A DNA stretch of 59,753 bases, filler included. It is 3 parts of 3 records of this genome, joined end to end, with 100 filler letters (N's around TTAATTAATTAA, not from the genome) between each part and the next. Parts side by side here need not be neighbours in the genome. Positions count along the whole stretch, not along the records: positions 1 to 20,464 come from SRR31156797_2997; positions 20,565 to 37,272 come from SRR31156797_3002; 1 more part is not named here. One strand, written 5' to 3'. A program made the position numbers and the translations under genes. Shown piece after piece: positions 10,220 through 20,566 of this stretch. Under the pieces are notes generated by a model. The model saw only the letters and a program-made list of their open reading frames with translations. It was not told the DNA's origin and searched no databases. The first letter of the stretch is position 1, and each line of letters begins with the position of its first letter.

Positions 10220-10258
10220 AAAAAATCCCGAATCAGTAATCTGATTCGGGATTTTTTT
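10220..10258. terminator. Bidirectional intrinsic terminator between batE and the STAS gene
   Basis: AAAAAATCCCGAATCAG-TAAT-CTGATTCGGGATTTTTT perfect stem between convergent genes. Confidence 0.9.
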
Positions 10259-10275
10259 ATATGAAGTAAATTATC

Positions 10276-10599
10276 TTACAACATTGATTCATCTTTACAA
10301 ATTTCAAAAACTTTATCTAGTTTCATCAAAGATAACAAGCTCATTACATCCTTTTGAATAGAACACAATACAAAAGAGCTATTACTTTGTCGTGCAGTTT
10401 TTAAAGCAGATATCAACACGCCGATACCTGTACTATCTATAAATTGAATATTCGATAAATCCAGAACAACTTTTTCGTTACCTCCGGAAACAATTTCTGT
10501 TAACTGACTTTTAACTTCATCGGCAACAGCTGCAGTAAGCCTGTCCGAATCTTTGATACCGGCAACTACAATTCCATTATTTAATTTAGTCTCAACCAT
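10276..10599 (-). CDS. STAS-domain anti-sigma-factor antagonist (RsbV/SpoIIAA-like)
   Basis: VVLDLS.I.FIDSTGIGVL motif with phospho-acceptor Ser. Confidence 0.9.
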   Translation of the reverse strand: MVETKLNNGIVVAGIKDSDRLTAAVADEVKSQLTEIVSGGNEKVVLDLSNIQFIDSTGIGVLISALKTARQSNSSFVLCSIQKDVMSLLSLMKLDKVFEICKDESML

Positions 10600-10614
10600 A
10601 AGAATATGTAAGGT

Positions 10615-11094
10615 TTAATAGGTACTTATCACATTATTTAATTCATCCACAGCTTCAGCACAAATCGAGGTGAACTTTTGTATTAACTCGTCAACTTTCT
10701 CTTTACTTGAATTGTCATTTACCCATTTTACTCTTTGTTCAGGATAACTTTCCAGATTTCTTTCAAGAGTCGAAATTTCTTCTTTCTGAGCTTCGGTTAT
10801 ACTTTCTTTTTCTTTTAACTCAATAAAGCGCAATTGCTTTGCAACTAATTCAAGGTTCTTAAGATCAACATTACCCAATTCTTCCATGCCCATTGACATT
10901 ACCGAAGATTTAGCTTTATGCGCAATGGCTGCAATTTTTAACCAATCCTTTTCATTTTTACTTACTTCAAAACCCTCTGTAAATTCAGGCATTTGATCAA
11001 GAAAAATTTCAACCAGCTCTTTAATGATATCTTTATCACCTTCTGCTATCCCCTCTAAATAGGATAAGTCAATATATTTATATTCCTGGGTCAT
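10615..11094 (-). CDS. Hpt (histidine phosphotransfer) domain protein
   Basis: IDLSYL...A.GD......V.IFL and AHKAKSS phospho-His helix. Confidence 0.8.
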   Translation of the reverse strand: MTQEYKYIDLSYLEGIAEGDKDIIKELVEIFLDQMPEFTEGFEVSKNEKDWLKIAAIAHKAKSSVMSMGMEELGNVDLKNLELVAKQLRFIELKEKESITEAQKEEISTLERNLESYPEQRVKWVNDNSSKEKVDELIQKFTSICAEAVDELNNVISTY

Positions 11095-11406
11095 AACGGT
11101 CAGGTATTTAAATTAATAATATTCGATACAAAACTAATTTTTTTTATCAAACTAAAAGTATTCAGCATTTTTTTTTAATGATTTAATATAAATAAGAATA
11201 CCAGCCATGAATAATAATCACTAAATATACTAATCTTTATAAGAGAATTAAAGAAATTCACTTTCCAATTTTCATCTATTTGATAGTAATTGATAAAATA
11301 GAATAATTGTCATATTTGACTAAGCGGAAAATAAATACATTTGTTATGATATCGTAAACACATATAAGATTGCGTTTTTTTTATAAACCATTAATTCATA
11401 TAAACA

Positions 11407-12489
11407 ATGAAAGTAACAGCTTTCCACCCTATACATCAAAAGCTCAATGCTAAACTAGTTCCTTTTGCCGGATTTGAAATGCCAATTGAATATTCCGGAA
11501 TTACCAACGAACATATGCAAGTTAGAAATAGTGTGGGTGTTTTTGATGTTTCACATATGGGAGAGTTTTGGGTAAAGGGTGAAAAAGCACTTGATTTTAT
11601 TCAAAATATAACATCCAACGATGCCACAAAACTTAAAATTGGAGACGCTCAATATTCTTGTTTTCCAAATGGTAAAGGTGGTATTGTAGATGATTTGCTT
11701 GTATATAAATACGATGATGAAAAATATATGTTAGTTGTGAATGCTTCCAATATAGATAAAGATTGGGATTGGTGCGTTAAGAACAATACCATGCAGGCAG
11801 AGTTAGAAAATGCTTCGGATCAGATTTCTCAGTTAGCGATTCAAGGTCCGGACGCTATTAAAACACTTCAGAAACTAACAGATATCAACCTGGATGAAAT
11901 TCCATATTACTCATTTACCACAGGTGCTATTGCCGGAGTACAGGAAGTAATTATTTCAAATACAGGCTATACTGGTGCCGGAGGATTTGAATTATATATG
12001 TATAATAAAGATGCTGAGACTATTTGGAATGCCATTTTTGAAGCTGGTGAAGAATTTGGAATACTTCCAATTGGTTTAGGGGCTCGTGATACCTTAAGAC
12101 TCGAGAAAGGATATTGCCTTTATGGTAACGATATTGATGATAGCACATCTCCTATTGAAGCTGGTTTAGGTTGGATCACTAAATTTACTGATAGCAAAAA
12201 CTTTATTGATAAAGATTTTCTTCAATCTCAGAAAACAAATGGCGTATCTAAAAAACTAAAAGGATTTAAAATGATCGACAGAGGCATTCCTCGTAAGGAT
12301 TATGAAATTGTTGATTCTGAAGATCAAATTATAGGTAGAGTTACCTCAGGTACACAATCTCCAGTTCTTAAACAAGGTATCGGATTAGGTTATATTGATT
12401 CTGAAAATGCTAAACTGGGGAATACCATATATATTAAAGTTAGAAACAGAAAACTAAAAGCGGAAGTTGTAAAAATTCCATTTGTATAG
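11407..12489 (+). CDS. gcvT: Glycine cleavage system aminomethyltransferase T
   Basis: [43 protein letters not shown]. Confidence 0.96.
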   Translation: MKVTAFHPIHQKLNAKLVPFAGFEMPIEYSGITNEHMQVRNSVGVFDVSHMGEFWVKGEKALDFIQNITSNDATKLKIGDAQYSCFPNGKGGIVDDLLVYKYDDEKYMLVVNASNIDKDWDWCVKNNTMQAELENASDQISQLAIQGPDAIKTLQKLTDINLDEIPYYSFTTGAIAGVQEVIISNTGYTGAGGFELYMYNKDAETIWNAIFEAGEEFGILPIGLGARDTLRLEKGYCLYGNDIDDSTSPIEAGLGWITKFTDSKNFIDKDFLQSQKTNGVSKKLKGFKMIDRGIPRKDYEIVDSEDQIIGRVTSGTQSPVLKQGIGLGYIDSENAKLGNTIYIKVRNRKLKAEVVKIPFV

Positions 12490-12499
12490 ATTTCATATT

Positions 12500-12530
12500 A
12501 AAAGTAGGTTTACCAAAACCTACTTTTTTT
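12500..12530 (+). terminator. Intrinsic terminator after gcvT
   Basis: AAAAGTAGGTTT-ACCA-AAACCTACTTTTTTT. Confidence 0.85.
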
Positions 12531-13013
12531 ATCTTAAAACCAACTCCAAATGATAAAAATCATTAAATAAAGAATTTTTTCTCGATTTAAACTTCTAAAC
12601 CATAAGACCCAAACAAAACTACACATACCTCTATATTCCACCACATTACACACACCCTCACTTTTTAGCAAGGCTTCACTTTTTAACCCAAAGCTAATTT
12701 TACTTACAATTTATAAGCATGTTTCTATAAATTTTGTGGATTTAAATCTCATATTTTTCTAATTTTGCGCAAGTCTTCGAAAAGGATTATTTAGCGCATT
12801 AAATTAGATTTTAATCTGACGCCAAACAGATTAAGATTATGATCTTAAATAGTAGTATTTAAAGATAAGAAATCAGTCCAGTACAATAAATTTGTAAATG
12901 GCTTAAGCACATAATTAACTATTTAAACGCATGAAACGAGCACTACAATAAATCTTAAATTTTGAGATTTACATTGCGAGTTCCATATGGTAATTAAAAG
13001 AAAATTTAGACAC

Positions 13014-14084
13014 ATGAAAAAGCACAATTTTTACGCCGGTCCTTCTATTTTACCGGAATTTACCATTAAAAACACAGCTGAAGCTGTTTTAAATTTTGCA
13101 GGAACAGGTTTATCTGTTATGGAAGTATCGCACCGATCTAAAGAGGTTGTTGCTGTAATGGATCAGGCTGTTGCGCTAGTTAAAGAATTATTGGACATCC
13201 CTGCAGGTTACGAAGTTGTTTTTGTTGGTGGCGGTGCAAGTACTCAGTTTTGCATGGTTCCATTTAACTTACTAAACAAAAAAGCTGGGTATTTAAACAC
13301 TGGATCCTGGGCAGGTAAGGCACAAAAAGAAGCTAAATTATTTGGGGAAGTTGTTGAAGTTGCTTCTTCTAAAGACGCTAACTATAATTATATACCAAAA
13401 GGTTTTGATGTTCCTTCTGATCTAGATTATTTACACATCACTACAAACAACACTATTTTTGGTACTGAAATTAAAACAGATCTTGATTTAGGCGTTCGTT
13501 TAGTAGCTGATATGTCTTCAGATATTTTCTCAAGACCAATTGATGTTTCTAAATACGATGTTATCTACGGTGGTGCACAAAAGAACCTGGCTCCTTCCGG
13601 AATTACATTTGCTATTGTTAAAGAAGATGCTTTAGGAAAAGTAGATCGCGAAATACCAACGATGTTAGATTATCGTACACATATTGGTAAAGAATCGATG
13701 TTCAACACTCCTCCTGTGTTGCCTCTATACTCTGCTTTACAAACATTAATCTGGTTAAAGGATAATGGTGGTATCGCAGCTATGCAAAAGAAAAACATCG
13801 AAAAAGCACAATTACTTTACGATGAAATCGATAGCAACAAATTCTTTAAGGCTACAGTTGCTAATGAAGAGGACAGATCTTTAATGAATATTTGTTTTGT
13901 GATGAATGATGAGTACGCAGAACTAGAAAAAGATTTCCTTGAATTAGCTACATCTAAAGGATGTGTTGGAATTAAAGGACACCGTTCTGTAGGTGGATTT
14001 AGAGCTTCTACATACAATGCTTTACCAAAAGAAAGTGTTGAAGTATTAGTAGCTGCTATGAAAGAATTTGCTTCTAAAAAGTAA
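13014..14084 (+). CDS. serC: Phosphoserine aminotransferase
   Basis: NFYAGPS, SHRS, GGGAS.QF, DMSS, GAQKN (PLP Lys), NTPP, GHRSVGG.RAS.YNA; start moved from 12987 to ATG 13014 (MKKHNF). Confidence 0.96.
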   Translation: MKKHNFYAGPSILPEFTIKNTAEAVLNFAGTGLSVMEVSHRSKEVVAVMDQAVALVKELLDIPAGYEVVFVGGGASTQFCMVPFNLLNKKAGYLNTGSWAGKAQKEAKLFGEVVEVASSKDANYNYIPKGFDVPSDLDYLHITTNNTIFGTEIKTDLDLGVRLVADMSSDIFSRPIDVSKYDVIYGGAQKNLAPSGITFAIVKEDALGKVDREIPTMLDYRTHIGKESMFNTPPVLPLYSALQTLIWLKDNGGIAAMQKKNIEKAQLLYDEIDSNKFFKATVANEEDRSLMNICFVMNDEYAELEKDFLELATSKGCVGIKGHRSVGGFRASTYNALPKESVEVLVAAMKEFASKK

Positions 14085-14102
14085 TAAAAAACACCGAAAA
14101 TA

Positions 14103-14145
14103 GAATTCCGAAATCTATTTTTTAGGTTTCGGATTTCGCTTTTTT
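14103..14145 (+). terminator. Hairpin/possible terminator between serC and serA
   Basis: TCCGAAATCTA...TAGGTTTCGGA followed by a T-rich tail. Confidence 0.55.
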
Positions 14146-14176
14146 ACAAACTGATTAAACACAAAATCTATATATT

Positions 14177-15097
14177 ATGACAAAAGTACTTGTTGCCACA
14201 GAAAAGCCTTTTGCTAAAGCTGCAGTTGATCAAATTGAAGCTATTGTAAAGGATGCTGGCTTCGATTTTGCGTTACTTGAAAAATACGCAGACAAAAGCG
14301 AATTATTAGAAGCTGTTAAAGATGCAGCTGCCCTTATTGTTCGATCTGATAAAGTTACTTCTGAAGTAGTTGAAGCTGCTAAAGAATTAAAAATTGTAGT
14401 TAGAGCAGGTGCTGGTTATGATAACCTTGACCTGGATGCTTGTACAGCTAAGGATGTTGTTGCGATGAACACTCCAGGACAGAATTCAAACGCTGTTGCA
14501 GAATTGGCATTTGGAATGATGATTTCAATGGCTCGTAACGCATATAACGGAACTGCAGGAACTGAACTTCGCGGTAAAAAAATCGGTATTCACGCATATG
14601 GTAACGTAGGTATGTATGTTGCTAAAATTGCACAAGGAATGGGTATGGAAGTGTTAGCCTTTGATCCATTTGTTAGCGCAGATAAAATGAAAGCTGATGG
14701 AGTTACTCCTGTTGACTCTGTTGAAGAACTTTATAGTACCTGTCAGTATATTTCTTTACATATTCCTGCAAACGATAAAACTAAAGAATCAATTAATTTT
14801 GATTTATTATCGAAAATGCCACAAAACGGTGTGCTTGTAAACACTGCTCGTAAAGAAGTTATTCATGAAGCAGACATGATTAAGTTAATGAATGAAAGAG
14901 CGGACTTTGCTTATATTTCTGATATTGCACCAGATAACAAAGATGAGTTTGCAGCTTTTGAAGGAAGATATTTCTTTACACCTAAAAAGATGGGTGCTCA
15001 AACTGCAGAAGCTAACGTTAACGCAGGAGTTGCAGCAGCTAACCAAATTGTTGATTACATTAAAAATGGGAACACTACTTTTAAAGTAAATAAGTAA
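14177..15097 (+). CDS. serA: D-3-phosphoglycerate dehydrogenase (short type, no ACT domain)
   Basis: IVRSD, RAGAGYDN.D, MNTPG.NSNAVAE, NTAR, TPKKMGAQT.EA; directly after serC. Confidence 0.88.
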   Translation: MTKVLVATEKPFAKAAVDQIEAIVKDAGFDFALLEKYADKSELLEAVKDAAALIVRSDKVTSEVVEAAKELKIVVRAGAGYDNLDLDACTAKDVVAMNTPGQNSNAVAELAFGMMISMARNAYNGTAGTELRGKKIGIHAYGNVGMYVAKIAQGMGMEVLAFDPFVSADKMKADGVTPVDSVEELYSTCQYISLHIPANDKTKESINFDLLSKMPQNGVLVNTARKEVIHEADMIKLMNERADFAYISDIAPDNKDEFAAFEGRYFFTPKKMGAQTAEANVNAGVAAANQIVDYIKNGNTTFKVNK

Positions 15098-15117
15098 CCC
15101 CGTTACAATTAAAATAT

Positions 15118-15148
15118 AAAGGCATCCTTTGCTGGATGCCTTTTTTTT
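15118..15148 (+). terminator. Intrinsic terminator after serA
   Basis: AAAGGCATCC-TTTGCT-GGATGCCTTTTTTTT. Confidence 0.88.
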
Positions 15149-15257
15149 ATGTCAAAAATCATATACCCAATTTTCTTACTCTTGACTTTTATCAGAACCT
15201 AATAAAAAAAATACTCGCTATATTGTATATACGTTTTAATATTTAAAATAATACAAT

Positions 15258-16508
15258 ATGGCTATAGTAAAACCCTTCAAAGGGCTCCGTCCTCCTAAAG
15301 AAATTGTTCAGGAATTAGCATGTCTGCCTTATGATGTAATGAATAGAAACGAAGCTTTTGAAATGGCAAAAGAAAAGCCGCATTCCCTATTACATATCAC
15401 ACGCAGTGAAATTGATTGCTCTAGTGATACAGATATTCACTCTCAAGAGGTATATGAGAAATCAATTCAAAATTTCAAACACTTTCAGGAAACCGGATGG
15501 CTTAATCAAGATGAGGAACTATATTACTATATATATGCCCAAACAATGAATGGACGCACGCAATATGGAATTGTAGGAGCCGCATCTGTTGATGATTATT
15601 TAAATGGCGTTATTAAGAAGCATGAACTAACCAGAAAAGAAAAAGAGGAAGATAGGATGGTTCACGTACGCATCAACAACGCTAATATCGAACCCGTTTT
15701 TTTCTCCTACCCCGATGTTCCTGAAATTAATAACATTATAGATAATATCGTAAGACATCAAGCTCCTGAATATGATTTTGTAGCGGAAGATGGTTTTGGC
15801 CACCATTTTTGGGTTATTAAGGACCAGTCAACCAATAAGCAAATTGAAGAAATATTTCAGACGAAGGTTCCGGCTACCTATGTTGCCGATGGACATCATA
15901 GAACAGCTGCTGCTGCATTAGTAGGGAAAGAAAAACGTGAGGCAAACTGCAACCATAATGGAGACGAAGAATACAACTTTTTTTTAGCAGTACATTTTCC
16001 TGCTTCTCAATTAAAAATAATTGACTACAATAGAGTTGTTAAAGATTTAAATGGCATAAGTGAATCAAAGTTTATAGATAAGATTAAAGAAAATTTTGAT
16101 ATCAGTGAACCTCAAAAAACGGAGATTAAACCGTCAAGTCTTCATGAGTTTTCGATGTATATTAATGGCAATTGGTATAAACTAAATGCTAAAGAAGGAA
16201 CTTATAATGATGATGACCCTATTGGTGTTTTAGATGTCACAATTTTATCCAAATATATTTTAGATGAAATATTAGATATTAAAGATTTAAGAACCGATAA
16301 AAGGATTGACTTTATTGGAGGAATTAGAGGTTTAGGAGAACTATCTAAAAGAGTTAATAGTGGAGAAATGAAAGTTGCTTTTGCTATGTATCCAGTTTCT
16401 ATGCAACAATTAATTGACATTGCTGATAGTGGTAATATTATGCCTCCTAAAACTACCTGGTTCGAACCTAAACTAAGGTCTGGTTTGGTTATTCATAAAT
16501 TAGATTAA
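15258..16508 (+). CDS. DUF1015 family protein
   Basis: LPYDV, IKKHELT, ADGHHR, MPPKTTWFEPKLRSG; typical serC-serA neighbour. Confidence 0.9.
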   Translation: MAIVKPFKGLRPPKEIVQELACLPYDVMNRNEAFEMAKEKPHSLLHITRSEIDCSSDTDIHSQEVYEKSIQNFKHFQETGWLNQDEELYYYIYAQTMNGRTQYGIVGAASVDDYLNGVIKKHELTRKEKEEDRMVHVRINNANIEPVFFSYPDVPEINNIIDNIVRHQAPEYDFVAEDGFGHHFWVIKDQSTNKQIEEIFQTKVPATYVADGHHRTAAAALVGKEKREANCNHNGDEEYNFFLAVHFPASQLKIIDYNRVVKDLNGISESKFIDKIKENFDISEPQKTEIKPSSLHEFSMYINGNWYKLNAKEGTYNDDDPIGVLDVTILSKYILDEILDIKDLRTDKRIDFIGGIRGLGELSKRVNSGEMKVAFAMYPVSMQQLIDIADSGNIMPPKTTWFEPKLRSGLVIHKLD

Positions 16509-16524
16509 GATATTAAGATTGATT

Positions 16525-16564
16525 AAAAAAAGGAGATAGATTCAAATGGATTATCTCCTTTTTT
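16525..16564 (+). terminator. Intrinsic terminator after DUF1015
   Basis: AAAAAAGGAGATA...TATCTCCTTTTTT. Confidence 0.8.
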
Positions 16565-16632
16565 ATTGAAAACCTTTATCAAATCTGCAATAATTGGTAC
16601 TTTTGAAACTTAAATGATTTAAAGAATTTTTC

Positions 16633-17304
16633 ATGTCTGTTTCAGAAAATCTAAAAAAAATAAAGCAAACCTTACCCAATCATGTTACCCTCGTAGCAGT
16701 ATCCAAAACAAAGCCCAACAGCGATATAATTGAGGCCTACAATGCAGGACAAAGAATTTTTGGTGAAAACAAAGTTCAGGATCTAACTCAGAAATACGAG
16801 GATCTTTCTAAAGATATTCAATGGCATTTTATAGGTCATCTTCAAACAAATAAGGTAAAATACATTGCTCCTTTTGTTAGCCTGATCCACGGTGTAGATT
16901 CTATTAAGTTATTACGAACTATCAATAAAGAAGGCAAAAAAAACGATCGTAAGATCAATTGTCTATTACAATTTCATATAGCCGAAGAAAGTACCAAGTT
17001 TGGTTTTACCTTAGAAGAATTTATACAGGAAATTACAAATGCACCTCTCGATGAATTTACAAATATCGAAATTTGTGGCGTGATGGGGATGGCAACCTAC
17101 ACAGATGACCAAAATCAAATTGCAAAAGAGTTTAAAACACTTAAGTCAATATTTGAAGAATTAAAGTCTGGTGTTTTTGCCAACAGCTCAAACTTTAAAG
17201 AAATATCAATGGGTATGTCTGGAGATTACCCATTGGCGATTGAACAAGGAAGCACAATGGTACGAGTGGGAAGTTCCATTTTTGGAACCCGTAATTATCA
17301 CTAA
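16633..17304 (+). CDS. yggS: YggS/PLPBP pyridoxal-phosphate homeostasis protein
   Basis: LVAVSKTKP, FGENKVQ, WHFIGHLQTNK, SMGMSGDY, VRVGS.IFG; TACTTTTG -7 element at 16598. Confidence 0.95.
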   Translation: MSVSENLKKIKQTLPNHVTLVAVSKTKPNSDIIEAYNAGQRIFGENKVQDLTQKYEDLSKDIQWHFIGHLQTNKVKYIAPFVSLIHGVDSIKLLRTINKEGKKNDRKINCLLQFHIAEESTKFGFTLEEFIQEITNAPLDEFTNIEICGVMGMATYTDDQNQIAKEFKTLKSIFEELKSGVFANSSNFKEISMGMSGDYPLAIEQGSTMVRVGSSIFGTRNYH

Positions 17305-17382
17305 ACCTTATAAAACATATTTTTTAGAATAATAATGTCTAAAAAAAATTATATTTGTTCGCAATAAATAATCAAGAAGTCT

Positions 17383-18369
17383 ATGGCAAATTTAAACACT
17401 ACCTATCTGGGATTAAACCTAAAAAACCCAATAATCGTAAGTAGTTCAGGACTAACAAATAGCATTAGCAAGATTAAGAAATTAGTAGATGCAGGTGCTG
17501 GAGCTGTGGTATTAAAATCACTATTTGAGGAACAAATAAACCACGAAATTAACAAGCAAATTCAAACTGGCGAAGGATATGATTATCCTGAAGCAATGGA
17601 CTATATTTCAGGATACACAAAAGACAATTCTGTTGGCGAATATTTAAAGCTTATTTCGGATGCCAAAGAGCAATTTGACATTCCTGTTATTGCAAGCATA
17701 AATTGTTTTTCATCGAACGAATGGATTAGTTTCGCAAAACAAATTGAAGAAGCCGGAGCCGATGCAATAGAATTAAATGTTCATGTAGTAAATACAGATA
17801 AAAATGTTGAAGCTTCTGTAATTGAAGGTTTGTATTACTCAATAGCAGAAAATATAAACAATGCTATTGAAATTCCATTTGCAATAAAATTAGGTGATAA
17901 TTTTGCCAATATTGTTGGTGTTGTTAATAAACTATATGCCTATGGAGCTAAAGGAGTAGTTTTATTCAACCGCTTTTATGAGCCAGACATCGATATTAAC
18001 CATTTAAGTTTGACTTCTGCTTCTGTATTTAGTTCACCAGCCGACATTAGAAAGTCTTTACGTTGGGTTGCTATCATATCTGATAAAGTAGATCAAATAA
18101 ACATTTCTGCCTCAACCGGTAATCATGATGGAGAAGCAGTTATCAAACAATTATTAGCTGGTGCAAATACAGTTCAAATTTGCTCAACGGTTTACCAAAA
18201 CGGTCCTAAGGTTATTTCGGATATGCTTAATGAACTCTCGTTTTGGATGGAAGAAAAGAAATTTGATTCCATAAATTCCTTTAGAGGTTTAATGAGTTAT
18301 AGAAAAATTAAAGATCCAGCTATATACGAGAGAGCTCAGTTTATGAAGTATTTCTCCAATATGGAATAA
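17383..18369 (+). CDS. Dihydroorotate dehydrogenase-like flavoprotein
   Basis: T.YLGL.LKNPII, GAGAVVLKSLFEEQ, IASIN, LFNRFY.PDID, YERAQ; TATATTTG -7 element at 17350. Confidence 0.85.
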   Translation: MANLNTTYLGLNLKNPIIVSSSGLTNSISKIKKLVDAGAGAVVLKSLFEEQINHEINKQIQTGEGYDYPEAMDYISGYTKDNSVGEYLKLISDAKEQFDIPVIASINCFSSNEWISFAKQIEEAGADAIELNVHVVNTDKNVEASVIEGLYYSIAENINNAIEIPFAIKLGDNFANIVGVVNKLYAYGAKGVVLFNRFYEPDIDINHLSLTSASVFSSPADIRKSLRWVAIISDKVDQINISASTGNHDGEAVIKQLLAGANTVQICSTVYQNGPKVISDMLNELSFWMEEKKFDSINSFRGLMSYRKIKDPAIYERAQFMKYFSNME

Positions 18370-18379
18370 ATAAAAAACC

Positions 18380-18418
18380 AAAAAGCTTTTGAATTCACAC
18401 ATTCAAAAGCTTTTTTTT
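18380..18418 (+). terminator. Intrinsic terminator
   Basis: AAAAAGCTTTTGAAT-TCACAC-ATTCAAAAGCTTTTTTTT. Confidence 0.88.
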
Positions 18419-18616
18419 ATCAATTCATCAACAAAACCAGACAAAAGATATTACATTTGAATTTTATTTAATATTTTTATGTAATCAAAATCTATCTTGC
18501 ACTGTTATGTTATATATACAGTTCAATAACGATAGATAAAACAATTTTAAATCCTAGCAATTTCAGTCTGATCTTTAATATATTAAGATTAAATTCAGAT
18601 TATAAAATTTAACAAA

Positions 18617-19549
18617 ATGAGAAGAGTTTTTCATCTGCTTACCAATTTGACTTTGATTTTCGTCATTGCTCTTAACTTTCTTACATCCTGTCAATCAAGT
18701 GATAAAAAACAAAATAAAAGTGAACAAGATCAGTTAGTAGAGTCTGCTCAGGAAGTAGATGAAAAAATGATGGAAGATTTTAATAAGTCAAAGCTTATCT
18801 TTTATTCATTACCATCACCTCTTGAAACAGCTATGCTTATCAAAAGATCGGGTGCTCGTTTTGATAACGAAATATTAAATCCTACATCTAACGTAAGCAA
18901 TTACAACACAAACTTAAAAATGGCTCTTAATCTTGGCGTTTATAGTGCAGATTTAAGCTATACCAGTTTATTCGATCAAACGCAAAGTACAATTCAATAC
19001 ATGGGTTGTGCTAAAAAAATGGCTGAAGGTTTAAGTATTCTTGATGCTATTGACGAAGACACAATGAAGAAGCTTGAGGATAATATGAACAACCGTGATG
19101 CGGTATTAGAAATTATCTCAGAAACGTTCATGTCTTCTAATTCTTATTTAAAAGAAAACGACAGACAAGCTATTTCTGTAATGGTTCTTGTTGGAGGTTG
19201 GGTTGAAGGTCTTTATTTAGCTTCAGCTTTAACCAATGGTTCAATGGAGAATAATAAAAGATTACTTGACAGAATTATATATCAGAAGTTGTCCTTAATT
19301 ACAGTAATGAACTTATTGGAATCATATCAGGACAACGAGGATATTCAGTATTTATATGGTAGAATGAATGAGCTTAAAGCTATTTTCGAACAGGTTAAGA
19401 TTGTCAACACATCTAAAGTTCAATCAGAAACTGATGCTGAAAATAAAATAACTACCATTAAAGCTGATTCTGAAACACATATTTCCAAAGAAGTATTCGA
19501 AGCTTTAATTAATAAAGTAGCAGAAATACGAAACGAATTTATCTCATAA
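18617..19549 (+). CDS. Hypothetical all-helical lipoprotein
   Basis: Lipobox LTSC after a hydrophobic stretch; conserved-looking LPSPLE, ALNLGVY.ADL.Y, GGWVEGLY. Confidence 0.75.
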   Translation: MRRVFHLLTNLTLIFVIALNFLTSCQSSDKKQNKSEQDQLVESAQEVDEKMMEDFNKSKLIFYSLPSPLETAMLIKRSGARFDNEILNPTSNVSNYNTNLKMALNLGVYSADLSYTSLFDQTQSTIQYMGCAKKMAEGLSILDAIDEDTMKKLEDNMNNRDAVLEIISETFMSSNSYLKENDRQAISVMVLVGGWVEGLYLASALTNGSMENNKRLLDRIIYQKLSLITVMNLLESYQDNEDIQYLYGRMNELKAIFEQVKIVNTSKVQSETDAENKITTIKADSETHISKEVFEALINKVAEIRNEFIS

Positions 19550-19570
19550 ACAAACAGCTTATTTATTACA

Positions 19571-20035
19571 ATGCATAAATTAAAAATTGGCTTATTCACA
19601 AGTTGTCTGTTTATCATTCTAAATCTATTACCTGGTAATGTTCAAGGACAATGTTCCAGCTTTGCAAAGAATATTTGCAAGCCTAAACTGGAGAATTTTG
19701 TTCATGATGGAAATTACAACGCTACTATTTTAGGTGCTGGAGAAACTGCAGAATTATACAAAACATTTTTTGCAGGCCAAACTTATAGAATTGTAGTTGG
19801 AAAAATTAATGATTTACCCAGTATTCATTTCAGGCTGGTTGATGAAAGTAACCAAATTCTGTTCGATAATAAAGACCATAATTTTATCGATGTTTGGGAC
19901 TTTAGCGTTGAAACAACGCAAATGCTGGTTATTAAATTAAAGGTACTTGATAATTATAACAGCAACGAAGAAAACGTTACAAAGGGCTGTGTTGCTGTTT
20001 TATTTGGCATTGAAAAAGATAAAAAGAAGAAATAA
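19571..20035 (+). CDS. Hypothetical secreted protein
   Basis: Signal peptide (VQG/QC), C-x7-C, C-terminal GCVAVLFG; 21 nt downstream of the lipoprotein gene. Confidence 0.75.
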   Translation: MHKLKIGLFTSCLFIILNLLPGNVQGQCSSFAKNICKPKLENFVHDGNYNATILGAGETAELYKTFFAGQTYRIVVGKINDLPSIHFRLVDESNQILFDNKDHNFIDVWDFSVETTQMLVIKLKVLDNYNSNEENVTKGCVAVLFGIEKDKKKK

Positions 20036-20055
20036 AAACATTAGATAATTATATT

Positions 20056-20085
20056 AGAAGCTGCTATTTACTAGCGGCTTTTTTT
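20056..20085 (+). terminator. Intrinsic terminator
   Basis: AGAAGCTGCTA-TTTAC-TAGCGGCTTTTTTT. Confidence 0.8.
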
Positions 20086-20464
20086 GTGCCATTTTCCCTC
20101 CAATACCAAGATAAAGAAACAACACATCACCAAGCCAATTAAGCTTTAAACCCTTTAATATGCATTAAAAAACTTATTAAGAATTAGTATTGCTTCAAAA
20201 TAAGTCTCTTGGTTACTTTACCTCAACTCACCAGAAGGATACTATGCCTTGTTTCAAAAAAGTCTTGTTATATTGCTATTTTAATGCTCACAACGAAATT
20301 CTAACCCATAATCAGGGTTAAAATACGACCTTCTAAATCTTAATAATAGTACTTGACTTAATTATATAATAGAGCTAATATCTGAAAAAGAACATAAAAA
20401 AAACCGACTCCTAATTAAAGAAGTCGGTTATATATTAAATCACTAGTGTCCGGTAAAAAGTAAC

Positions 20465-20564
20465 NNNNNNNNNNNNNNNNNNNNNNNNNNNNNNNNNNNN
20501 NNNNNNNNTTAATTAATTAANNNNNNNNNNNNNNNNNNNNNNNNNNNNNNNNNNNNNNNNNNNN
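20465..20564. other. Artificial contig-joining spacer
   Basis: 44 N + TTAATTAATTAA (stops in all six frames) + 44 N. Confidence 0.99.
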
Positions 20565-20566
20565 AG

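Noticed and set aside
11095..11406. Glycine riboswitch upstream of gcvT
   Set aside because: Very AT-rich; no GGAGA...CCGAAG...CTCTCAGG core visible
20441..20464. CACTAGTGTCCGGTAAAAAGTAAC at the contig end as an IS terminus
   Set aside because: Only 24 nt, with no transposase or partner repeat visible; cannot be supported
20509..20520. TTAATTAATTAA palindrome, repeated at 37317-37328
   Set aside because: Synthetic six-frame-stop linker inside the N spacers
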